Below are positions 1 through 12,000 of a stretch of 64,000 bases of DNA, one piece after another. The stretch is from Squalus acanthias (taxonomy: Eukaryota): positions 1 through 64,000 of the forward strand of contig JASTWF010000361.1 of NCBI GenBank assembly GCA_030390025.1. The letters run 5' to 3'. Within the stretch, counting starts at the first letter, position 1. The number at the start of each line of letters is the position of its first letter. The notes below the pieces were generated by a model. The model saw only the letters and a program-made list of their open reading frames with translations. It was not told the DNA's origin and made no database searches. The translations under genes were made by a program, and so were the position numbers.

Positions 1-3000
1 AGTGTGGTGCAATGTGTTTGGGTGATGTGTGTCAGTGAGTGTGGTGCAATGTGTTTGGGTTGATGTGTGTGTCAGTGAGTGTGGTGCAATGTGTTTGGGT
101 GATGTGTGTCAGTGATTGTGGTGCAATGTGTTTTGGGTGATGTGTGTCAGTGAGTGTGGTGCAATGTGTTTGGTGATGTGTGTCAGTGAGTGTGGTGCAA
201 TGTGGTTTGGGTGATGTGGTGTCAGTGAGTGTGGTTGCATGTGTTTGGTGATGTGTTGTCAGTGAGTGTGGTGCAATGTGTTTGGGTGAAGTGTGTCAGT
301 GAGTGTGGTGCAATGTGTTTGGGTGATGTGTGTCAGTGAGTGTGGTGCAATGTGTTTGGGTGATGTAGTGTCAGTGATTGTGGTGCAATGTGTTTGGGTG
401 ATGTGTGTCAGTGAGTGTGGTGCAATGTGTTTGGGTGAAGTGTGTGTCAGTGAGTGTGGTGCAATGTGTTTGGGTGATGTGTGTCAGTGAGTGTGGTGCA
501 ATGGTTTGGGTGATGTGTGTGTCAGTGAGTGTGGTGCAATGTGTTTGGGTGATGTGTGTGCAGTGAGTGTGGTGCAATGTGTTTGGGTGATGTGTGTCAG
601 TGAGTGTGGTGCAATGTGTTTGGGTGAAGTGTGTCAGTGAGTGTGGTGCAATGTGTTTGGGTGAAGTGTGTCAGTGAGTGTGTGCAATGCTGTTTGGGTG
701 ATGTGTTGTCAGTGAGTGTGGTGCAATGTGTTTGGCTGATGTGTGTGTCAGTGAGTGTGGTGCAAGTGTTTGGGTGATGTGTTGTCAGTGAGTGTGGTGC
801 AATGTGTTTGGGTGATGTGTGTCAAGTGAGTGTGGTGCAATGTGTTTGGTGATGTGTGTGTCAGTGAGTGTGGTGCAATGTGTTTGGGTGAAGTGTGTCA
901 GTGAGTGTGGTAGCAATGTGTTTGGGTGATGTGTGTGTCAGTGAGTGTGGTGCAATGTGTTTTGGATGATGTGTGTCAGTGAGTGTGGTGCAATGTGTTT
1001 GGGTGATGTGTGTGTCAGTGAGTGTGGTGCAATGTGTTTGGGTGATGTGTGTGTCAGTGAGTGTGGTGCAATGTGTTTGGGTGAAGTGTGTCAGTGAGTG
1101 TGGTGCAATGTGTATGGGTGATGTGTTGTCAGTGAGTGGGTGCAATGTGTTTGGGTGATGTGTGTCAGTGAGTGTGGTGCAATGTGTTTGGGTGATGTGT
1201 GTCAGTGAGTGTGGTGCAATGTGTTTGGGTGATGTGTGTCAGTGAGTGTGGTGCAATGTGTTTGGTGATGTTGTCAGTGAGTGTGGTGCAATGTGTTTGG
1301 GTGATGTGTGTCAGTGAGTGTGTGCAATGTGTTTGGGTGATGTGTGTCAGTGAGTGTGGTGCAATGTGTTTGGGTGATGTGTGTCAGTGAGTGTGGTGCA
1401 ATGTGTTGGGTGAAGTGTGTCAGTGAGTGTGGTGCAATGTGTTTGGGTGATGTGGTGTCAGTGAGTGTGGTGCAATGTGTTTGGGTGATGTGTGTCAGTG
1501 AGTGTGGGATGCTATGTGTTTGGGTGATGTGTGTCCAGTGATTGTGGAGCAATGTGTTTGGGGATGGTGTCAGTGAGTGTGGTGCAATGTGTTTGGGTGA
1601 TGTGTGTCAGTGAGTGTGGTGCAATGGGTTTGGGTGATGTGTGTCAGTGAGTGTGGTGCAATGTGTTGGTTGATGTGGGTTGTCATTGAGTGTGGTGCAA
1701 TGTGTTTGGGTGAGTGTGTCCAGGTGGAGTGTGGTGCAATGTAGTTTGGGTGATGTGTGTTCAGTGAGTGTGGTGCAATGTGTTTGGGTGATGTGGTGTC
1801 AGTGAGTGTGGTGCAATGTGTTTGGGTGATTGTGTGTGTCAGTGAGTGTGGTGCAATGTGCTTTGGGTGAAGTGTGTCAGTGAGTGTGGTGCAATGTGTT
1901 TGGGTGATGTGTGCAGTGAGTGTGGTGCAATGTGTTTGGGTGATTGTGTGTCAGTGAGTGTGGTGCAATGTGTTTGGGGTGATGTGTGGCCAGTGAGTGT
2001 GGTGCAAATGTGTTTGGGTGATGTGTGTCAGTGAGTGTGGTGCAATGTGTTTGGGTGATGTGTTGTCAGTGAGTGTGGTGCAATGTGTTTGGTGAAGTGT
2101 GTCAGTGAGTGTGGTGCAATGTGTTTGGGTGATGTGTGGTCAGTGAGTGTGGTGCAATGCTGTTTGGGTGATGTGTGTCAGTGAGTGTGGTGCAATGTGT
2201 TTGGGTGATGTGTGTCAGTGAGTGTGGTGCAATGTGTTTGGGTGATGTGTGTGTCAGTGAGTGTGGTGCAATGTGTTTGGGTGAAGTGTGTCAGTGAGTG
2301 TGGTGCAATGTGTTTGGGTGATGTGTGTCAGTGAGTGTGGTGCAATGTTTGGGTGATGTGTGTCAGTGAGTGTGGTGCAATGTGTTTGGGTGAAGTGTGT
2401 CAGTGAGTGTGTGTGCAATGTGTTTGGGTGAAGTGTGTCAGTGAGTGTGGTGCAATGTGTTTGGGTGATGTGTGTCAGTGAGTGTGGTGCAATGTGTTTG
2501 GGTGAAGTGTGTCAGTGAGTGTGGTGCAATGTGTTTGGGTGATGTGTGTCAGTGAGTGTGGTGCAATGTGTTTGGGTGATGGTGTGTCAGTGAGTGTGGT
2601 GCAATGTGTTTGGGTGATGTGTGTCAGTGAGTGTGGTTGCAATGTGTTTGGGTGATGTGTGTCAGTGAGTGTGGTGCAATGTGTTTGGTGATGTGTGTCA
2701 GTGAGTGTGGTGCAATGTGTTTGGGTGATGTGTGTCAGTGAGTGTGGTGCAATGTGTTTGGGTGAAGTGTGTCAGTGAGTGTGGTGCAATGTGTTTGGGT
2801 GATGTGTGTCAGTGAGTGTGGTGCAATGTGTTTGGGTGATGTGTGTCAGTGAGTGTGGTGCAATGTGTTTGGGTGATGTGTTGTCAGTGAGTGTGGTGCA
2901 ATGTGTTTGGGTGATGTGTGTCAGTGAGTGTGGTGCAATGTGTTTGGGTGATGTGTGTCAGTGAGTGTGGTGCAATGTGTTTGGGTGATGTGTGTCAGTG

Positions 3001-6000
3001 AGTGTGGTGCAATGTGTTTGGGTGATGTGTGTCAGTGAGTGTGGTGCAATGTGTTTGGGTGAGTGTGTGTCAGTGAGTGTGGTGCAATGTGTTTGGGTGA
3101 TGTGTGCAGTGAGTGTGGTGCAATGTGTTTGGGTGATGTTGTGTCAGTGAGTGTGGTGCAATGTGTTTGGGTGATGTGTGTCCAGTGAGTGTGGTGCAAT
3201 GTGTTTGGGTGATGTGTGTCAGTGAGTGTGGTGCAATGTGTTTGGGTGAGTGTGTGTCCAGTGAGTGTGGTGCAATGTGTTTGGGTGATGTGTGTCAGTG
3301 AGTGTGGTGCAAAGTGTTTGGGTGATGTATGTCAGTGAGTGTGGTGCAATGTGTTTGGGTGATGTGTGCCAGTGAATGTGGTGCAATTAGTTTGGGTGAT
3401 GTGTGTCAGTGAGTGTGGTGCAATGTGTTTGGGTGATGTGTGTGTCAGTGAGTGTGGTGCAATGTGTTTGGTGATGTGTGTGTCAGTGAGTGTGGTGCAA
3501 TGTGTTTGGGGTGATGTGTGTCAGTGAGTGTGGTGCAATGTGTTTGGGGATGTGTTGTCAGTGAGTGTGGTGCAATTGTTTGGGTGATGTGTGTGTCAGT
3601 GAGTGTGGTGCAATGTGTTTGGGTGATGTGTGTCAGTGAGTGTGGTGCAATGTGTTTGGGTGATGTGTGTCAGTGAGTGTGGTGCAATGTGTTTGGGTGA
3701 AGTGTGTGTCAGTGAGTGTGGTGCAAAGTGTTTGGTGATGTGTGTGTCAGTGAGTGTGGTGCAATGTGTTTGGGTGAAGTGTGTCAGTGAGTGTGGTGCA
3801 AAGTGTTTGGGTGATGTGTTGTCAGTGAGTGTGGTGCAATGTGTTTGGGTGATGTGTGTTCAGTGAGTGTGGTGCAATGTGTTTGGGTGATGTGTGTGTC
3901 AGTGAGTGTGGTGCAATGTGTTTGGGTGATGTGTGTGTCAGTGAGTGTGGTGCAATGTGTTTGGGATGTGTTGTGTCAGTGAGTGTGGTGCAATGTGTTT
4001 GGGTGATGTGTGTCAGTGAGTGTGGTGCAATGTGTTTGGGTGATGTGTGTCAGTGAGTGTGGTGCAATGTGTTTGGTGATGTGTGTCAGTGAGTGTGGTG
4101 CAATGTGTTTGGGTGATGTGTGTCAGTGAGTGTGGTGCAATGTGTTTGGGTGATGTGTGTCAGTGAGTGTGGTGCAATGTGTTTGGGTGATGTGTGTCAG
4201 TGAGTGTGGTGCAATGTGTTTGGGTGATGTGTGTCAGTGAGTGTGGTGCAATGTGTTTGGGGATGTGTGTCAGTGAGTGTGGTGCAATGTGTTTGGTGAT
4301 GTGTGTCAGTGAGTGTGGTGCAATGTGTTTGGGTGATGTGTGTCAGTGAGTGTGGTGCAATGTGTTTGGGTGATGTGTGTCAGTGAGTGTGGTGCAATGT
4401 GTTTTGGGGTGAAGTGTGTCAGTGTGTGTGGTGCAATGTGTTTGGGTTGATGTGTGTCAGTGAGTGTGGTGCAATGTGTTGGGTGATGTGTGTCAGTGAG
4501 TGTGGTGCAATGTGTTTGGGTGATGTGTGTGTCAGTGAGTGTGGTGCAATGTGTTTGGGTGAAGTGTGTCAGTGAGTGTGGTGCAATGTGTTTGGGTGAT
4601 GTGTGTCAGTGAGTGTGGTGCAATGTGTTTGGGTGAAGTGTGTGTCAGTGAGTGTGGTGCAATGTGTTTGGGTGATGTGTGTCAGTGAGTGTGGTGCAAT
4701 GTGTTTGGGTGATGTTGTGTCAGTGAGTGTGGTGCAATGTGTTTGGGTTGAAGTGTGTCAGTGAGTGTGGTGCAATGTGTTTTGGATGATGTGTGTCAGT
4801 GAGTGTGGTGCAATGTGTTTGGGTGATGTGTGTCAGTGAGTGTGGTGCAATGTGTTTGGGTGATGTGTGTCAGTGAGTGTGGTGCAATGTGTTTGGGTGA
4901 AGTGTGTCAGTGAGTGTGGTGCAATGTGTTTGGGTGAAGTGTGTCAGTGAGTGTGGTGCAATGTGTTTGGGTGATGTGTGTGTCAGTGAGTGTGGTGCAA
5001 TGTGTTTGGGTGATGTGTGTCAGTGAGTGTGGTGCAATGTGTTTGGGTGAAGTGTGTCAGTGAGTGTGGTGCAATGTGTTTGGGTGATGTGTGTCAGTGA
5101 GTGTGGTGCAATGTGTTTGGGTGATGTGTGTCAGTGAGTGTGGTGCAATGTGTTTGGGTGATGTGTGTCAGTGAGTGTGGTGCAATGTGTTTGGGTGATG
5201 TGTGTCAGTGAGTGTGGTGCAATGTGTTTGGGTGATGTGTGTCAGTGAGGTGTGGTGCAATGTGTTGGGTGAAGTGTGTCATGAGTGTGGTGCAATGTTT
5301 TTGGGTGATGGTGTGTCAGTGAGTGTGGTGCAATGTGTTTGGGTGATTGTGTGTCAGTGATTGTGTGCAATGTGTTTGGCGTGAAGTGTGTCAGTGAGTG
5401 TGGTGCAATGTGTTTGGGGTGATGTGTGTCAGTGAGTGTGGTGCAATGTGTTTGGGTGATGTGTGTGTCAGTGAGTGTGGTGCAATGTGTTGGGTGATGT
5501 GTGTGTCCAGTGAGTGTGGTGCAATGTTTTTGGGGATGTGTGTGTCAGTGAGTGTGGTGCAATGTGTTTGGGTGATGTGTGTCCAGTGAGTGTGGTGCAA
5601 TGTGTTTGGGTGATGTGTGTCAGTGAGTGTGGTGCAATGTGTTTGGGTGAAGTGTGTCAGTGAGTGTGGTGCAATGTGTTTTGGGGTGAAGTGTGTCAGT
5701 GAGTGTGGTGCAATGTGTTTGGGTGATGTGTGTGCCAGTGAGTGTGAGTGCAATGTGTTTGGGTGATGTGTGTGTCAGTGAGTGTGGTGCAATGTGTTTG
5801 GGTGATGTGTGTCAGTGAGTGTGGTGCAATGTGTTTGGGTGAAGTGGTAGTGTGTGGTGCAATGTGTTTGGGTGATGTGTGTGCAGTGAGTGTGGTGCAA
5901 TGGTTTGGGTGATGTGTGTGTCAGTGAGTGTGGTGCAATGTGTTTGGGTGATGTGTGTGTCAGTGAGTGTGGTGCAATGTGTTTGGGTGATGTGTGTGTC

Positions 6001-9000
6001 AGTGAGTGTGGTGCAATGTGTTTGGGGTGAAGTGTGTCAGTGAGTGTGGTGCAATGTGTTTGGGTGATGTGTGTCAGTGAGTGTGGTGCAATGTGTTTGG
6101 TGATGTGTTGTCAGTGAGTGTGGTGCAATGTGTTTGGGTGAAGTGTGTCAGTGAGTGTGGTGCAATGTGTTTGGGTGATGTGTGTCAGTGAGTGTGGTGC
6201 AATGTGTTTGGGTGATGTGTGTGTCAGTGAGTGTGGTGCAATGTGTTTGGGTGATGTGTGTGTCAGTGAGTGTGGTGCAATGTGTTTGGGTGATGTGTGT
6301 CAGTGAGTGTGGTGCAATGTGTTGGGTGATGTGTGTTCAGTGAGTGTGGTGCAATGTGTTTGGGTGAAGTGTGGTCAGTGAGTGTGGTGCAATGTGTTTG
6401 GGTGATGTGTGTCAGTGAGTGTGGTGCAATGTGTTTGGGTGATGTGTGTCAGTGAGTGTGGTGCAATGTGTTTGGGTGAAGTGTGTCAGTGAGTGTGGTG
6501 CAATGTGTTTGGGTGATGTGTGTCAGTGAGTGTGGTGCAATGTGTTTGGTGATGTGTGTCAGTGAGTGTGGTGTAATGTGTTTGGGTGATGTGTGTCAGT
6601 GAGTGTGGTGCAATGTGTTTGGGTGAAGTGTGTCAGTGAGTGTGGTGCAATGTGTTTGGGTGAAGTGTGTCAGTGAGTGTGGTGGCAATGTGTTTGGGTG
6701 ATGTGTGTCAGTGAGTGTGGTGCAATGTGTTTTGGGTGATGTGTGTGTCAGTGAGTTGGTGCAATGTGTTTGGGTGAAGTGTGTCAGTGAGTGTGGTGCA
6801 ATGTGTTTGGGTGAAGTGTGTCAGTGAGTGTGGTGCAATGTGTTTGGGTGATGTGTGTCAGTGATTGTGGTGCAATGTGTTTGGGTGATGTGTTGTCAGT
6901 GAGTGTGGTGCAATGTGTTTGGGTGAAGTGTGTCAGTGAGTGTGTGCAATGTGTTTGGTGATGTGTGTCAGTGAGTGTGGTGCAATGTGTTTGGGGTGAT
7001 GTGTGTCAGTGAGTGTGGTGCAATGTGTTTGGGTGATGTGTGTCAGTGAGTGTGGTGCAAAGTGTTTGGGTGATGTGTGTCAGTGAGTGTGGTGCAATGT
7101 GTTTGGGTGATGTGTGTCAGTGAGTGTGGTGCAATGTTGTTTGGTGAGTGTGTCAGTGAGTGTGGTGCAATGTGTTTGGGTGATGTGTGTGTCAGTGAGT
7201 GTGGTGCAATGTGTTTGGTGATGTGTGTGTCAGTGAGTGTGGTGCAATGTGTTTGGGTGATGTGTGTCAGTGAGTGTGGTGCAATGTGTTTGGGTGATGT
7301 GTGTCAGTGAGTGTGGTGCAATGTGTTTGGGTGATGTGTGTCAGTGAGTGTGGTGCAATGTGTTTGGGTGATGTGTGTCAGTGAGTGTGGTGCAATGTGT
7401 TTGGGTGATGTGTGTGTCAGTGAGTGTGGTGCAATGTGTTTGGGTGATGTGTGTCAGTGAGTGTGGTGCAATGTGTTTGGGTGATGCTGTGTGTCTCAGT
7501 GAGTGTGGTGCAATGTGTTTGGGTGATGTGTGTCAGTGAGTGTGGTGCAATGTGTTTGGGTGATGTGTGTGTCAGTGAGTGTGGTGCAATGTGTTTGGTG
7601 ATGTGTGTCAGTGAGTGTGGTGCAATGTGTTTGGTGATGTGTGTGTCAGTGAGTGTGGTGCAATGTGTTTGGGTGAGTGTGTCAGTGAGGTGGTGCAATG
7701 TGTTTGGGTTGATGGTGTGTCAGTGAGTGTGGTGCAATTGTGTTTGGTGTGTGTGTGTCAGTGAGTGTGGCGCATAGTTGTTGGGTGAGAGGTGTGTCAG
7801 TGAGTGTGGTGCAATGTGTTTGGATGATGTGTGTCAGTGAGTGTGGTGCAATGTGTTTGGGTGATGTTGTGTCAGTGATTGTGGTGCAATGTGTTTGGGG
7901 ATTGTGTCAGTGAGTGTGGTGCCAATGTGTTTGGTGAAGTGTGTCAGTGAGTGTGGTGCAATGTGTTTGGGTGATGTGTGTGTCAGTGAGTGTGGTGCAA
8001 TGTGTTTGGGTGATGTGTGTCAGTGAGTGTGGTGCAATGTGTTTGGGTGATGTGTGTCAGTGAGTGTGGTGCAATGTGTTTGGGTGATGTGTGTCAGTGA
8101 GTGTGGTGCAATGTGTTTGGGTGATGTGTGTCAGTGAGTGTGGTGCAATGTGTTTGGGTGATGTGTGTCAGTGAGTGTGGTGCAATGTGTTTGGGTGATG
8201 TGTGTCAGTGAGTGTGGTGCAATGTGTTTGGGTGATGTGTGTCAGTGAGTGTGGTGCAATGTGTTTGGGTGATGTGTGTGTCAGTGAGTGTGGTGCAATG
8301 TGTTTGGGTGATGTGTGTGTCAGTGAGTGTGGTGCAATGTGTTTGGGTGATGTGTGTCAGTGAGTGTGGTGCAATGTGTTTGGGTGATGTGTGTCAGTGA
8401 GTGTGGTGCAATGTGTTTGGGTGAGTGTGTCAGTGAGTGTGGTGCAATGTGTTTGGGTGATGTGTGTCAGTGAGTGTGGTGCAATGTGTTTGGGTGATGT
8501 GTGTGTCAGTGAGTGTGGTGCAATGTGTTTGGGTGATGTGTGTCAGTGAGTGTGGTGCAATGTGTTTGGGTGAAGTGTGTCAGTGAGTGTGGTGCAATGT
8601 GTTTGGGTGAAGTGTGTCAGTGAGTGTGGTGCAATGTGTTTGGTGATGTGTGTCAGTGAGTGTGGTGCAATGTGTTTGGGTGATGTGTGTCAGTGAGTGT
8701 GGTGCAATGTGTTTGGGTGATGTGTGTCAGTGAGTGTGGTGCAATGTGTTTGGGTGAAGTGTGTCAGTGAGTGTGGTGCAATGTGTTTGGGTGATGTGTG
8801 TGTCAGTGAGTGTGGTGCAATGTGTTTGGGTGATGTGTGTCAGTGAGTGTGGTGCAATGTGTTTGGGTGAAGTGTGTCAGTGAGTGTGGTGCAATGTGTT
8901 TGGGTGATGTGTGTCAGTGAGTGTGGTGCAATGTGTTTGGGTGAAGTGTGTCAGTGAGTGTGGTGCAATGTGTTTGGGTGAAGTGTGTCAGTGAGTGTGG

Positions 9001-12000
9001 TGCAATGTGTTTGGGTGATGTGTGTCAGTGAGTGTGGTGCAATGTGTTTGGGTGAAGTGTGTCAGTGAGTGTGGTGCAATGTGTTTGGGTGATGTGTGCA
9101 GTGAGTGTGGTGCAATGTGTTTGGGTGAAGTGTGTCAGTGAGTGTGGTGCAATGTGTTTGGGTGAAGTGTGTCAGTGAGTGTGGTGCAATGTGTTTGGGT
9201 GATGTGTGTCAGTGAGTGTGGTGCAATGTGTTTGGGTGATGTGTGTCAGTGAGTGTGGTGCAATGTGTTTGGGTGATGTGTGTCAGTGAGTGTGGTGCAA
9301 TGTGTTTGGGTGATGTGTGTGTCAGTGAGTGTGGTGCAATGTGTTTGGGTGATGTGTGCCAGTGAGTGTGGTGCAATGTGTTTGGGTGATGTGTGTCAGT
9401 GAGTGTGGTGCAATGTGTTTGGGTGATGTGTGTCAGTGAGTGTGGTGCAATGTGTTTGGGTGATGTGTGTCAGTGAGTGTGGTGCAATGTGTTTGGTGAA
9501 GTGTGTCAGTGAGTGTGGTGCAATGTGTTTGGGTGATGTGTTGTCTGTGAGTGTGGTGCAATGTGTTTGGGTGATGTGTGGTCAGTGAGTGTGGTGCAAT
9601 GTGTTTGGGTGATGTGTGTCAGTGAGTGTGGTGCAATGTGTTTGGGTGATGTGTGTCAGTGAGTGTGGTGCAATGTGTTTGGGTGATGTGTGTGTCAGTG
9701 AGTGTGGTGCAATGTGTTTGGGTGATGTGTGTCAGTGAGTGTGGTGCAATGTGTTTGGGTGATGTGTGTCAGTGAGTGTGGTGCAATGTGTTTGGGTGAA
9801 GTGTGTCAGTGAGTGTGGTGCAATGTGTTTGGGTGATGTGTGTGTCAGTGAGTGTGGTGCAATGTGTTTGGGTGATGTGTGTCAGTGAGTGTGGTGCAAT
9901 GTGTTTGGTGATGTGTGTGTCAGTGAGTGTGGTGCAATGTGTTTGGGTGAAGTGTGTCAGTGAGTGTGGTGCAATGTGTTTGGGTGATGTGTGTGTCAGT
10001 GAGTGTGGTGCAATGTGTTTGGTGATGTGTGTCAGTGAGTGTGGTGCAATGTGTTTGGGTGATGTGTGTCAGTGAGTGTGGTGCAATGTGTTTGGGTGAA
10101 GTGTGTCAGTGAGTGTGGTGCAATGTGTTTGGGTGATGTGTGTGTCAGTGAGTGTGGTGCAATGTGTTTGGGTGATGTGTGTCAGTGAGTGTGGTGCAAT
10201 GTGTTTGGGTGATGTGTGTCAGTGAGTGTGGTGCAATGTGTTTGGGTGATGTGTGTCAGTGAGTGTGGTGCAATGTGTTTGGGTGAAGTGTGGTCAGTGA
10301 GTGTGGTGCAATGTGTTTGGGTGATGTGTGTCAGTGAGTGTGGTGCAATGTGTTTGGGTGATGTGTGTGTCAGTGAGTGTGGTGCAATGTGTTTGGTGAT
10401 GTGTGTCAGTGAGTGTGGTGCAATGTGTTTGGGTGATGTTGTGTCAGTGAGTGTGGTGCAATGTGTTTGGGTGATGTGTGTCAGTGAGTGTGGTGCAATG
10501 TGTTTGGGTGATGTGTGTCAGTGAGTGTGGTGCAATGTGTTTGGGTGATGTGTGTGTCAGTGAGTGTGGTGCAATGTGTTTGGGTGATGTGTGTGTCAGT
10601 GAGTGTGGTGCAATGTGTTTGGGTGATGTGTGTCAGTGAGTGTGGTGCAATGTGTTTGGGTGATGTGTGTCAGTGAGTGTGGTGCAATGTGTTTGGGTGA
10701 TGTGTGTGCAGTGAGTGTGGTGCAATGTGTTTGGGTTGATGTGTGTCAGTGAGTGTGGTGCAATGTGTTTGGGTGATGTGTGTGTCAGTGAGTGTGGTGC
10801 AATGTGTTTGGGTGATGTGTGTCAGTGAGTGTGGTGCAATGTGTTTGGGTGATGTGTGTCAGTGAGTGTGGTGCAATGTGTTTGGGTGATGTGTGTCAGT
10901 GAGTGTGGTGCAATGTGTTTGGGTGATGTGTGTCAGTGAGTGTGGTGCAATGTGTTTGGGTGATGTGTGTCAGTGAGTGTGGTGCAATGTGTTTGGGTGA
11001 TGTGTGTCAGTGAGTGTGGTGCAATGTGTTTGGGTGATGTGGTGTCAGTGAGTTGGTGCAATGTGTTTGGTGATGTGTGTCAGTGAGTGTGGTGCAATGT
11101 GTTTGGGTGATGTGTGTCAGTGAGTGTGTGCAATGTGTTTGGGTGATGTGTGTCAGTGAGTGTGGTGCAATGTGTTTGGGTGATGTGTGTGTCAGTGAGT
11201 GTGGTGCAATGTGTTTGGGTGATGTGGTGTCAGTGAGTGTGGTGCAATGTGTTTGGGTGAAGTGTCAGTGAGTGTGGTGCAATGTGTTGGGTGATGTGTG
11301 TCAGTGAGTGTGGTGCAATGTGTTTGGGTGATGTGTGTCAGTGAGTGTGGTGCAATGTGTTTGGGTGAAGTGTGTCAGTGAGTTGTGGTGCAAGGTGTTG
11401 GGTGATGTGTGTCAGTGAGTGTGGTGCAATGTGTTTGGGTGATGTGTGTCAGTGAGTGTGGTGCAATGTGTTTGGTGAAGTGTGTCAGTGAGTGTGGTGC
11501 AATGTGTTTGGTTTTTGGGTGAAGTGTGTCAGTGAGTGTGGTAATGTGTTTGGGTGAGTGTGTCAGTGAGTGTGGTGCAATGTGTTTGGGTGAAGTGTGT
11601 CAGTGAGTGTGGTGCAATGTGTTTGGGTGAAGATGGTGGGTGTGTGTCAGTGAGTGTGGTGCAATGTGTTTGGGTGATGTGTGTCAGTGAGTGTGGTGCA
11701 ATGTGTTTTGGGTGAAGTGTGTCAGTGAGTGTGGTGCAATGTGTTGGGTGAAGTGTGTCAGTGAGTGTGGTGCAATGTGTTTGGGTGAAGTGTGTCAGTG
11801 AGTGTGGTGCAATGTGTTTGGGTGAGTGTGTGTCAGTGAGTGTGGTGCAATGTGTTTGGGTGATGTGTGTCAGTGAGTGTGGGTGCAATGTGTTTGGGTG
11901 AATTGTGTCAGTGAGTGTGGTGCAATGTGTTTGGGTGATGTGTGTCAGTGAGTGTGGTGCAATGTGTTTGGTGATGTGTGTGTCAGTGAGTGTGTGCAAT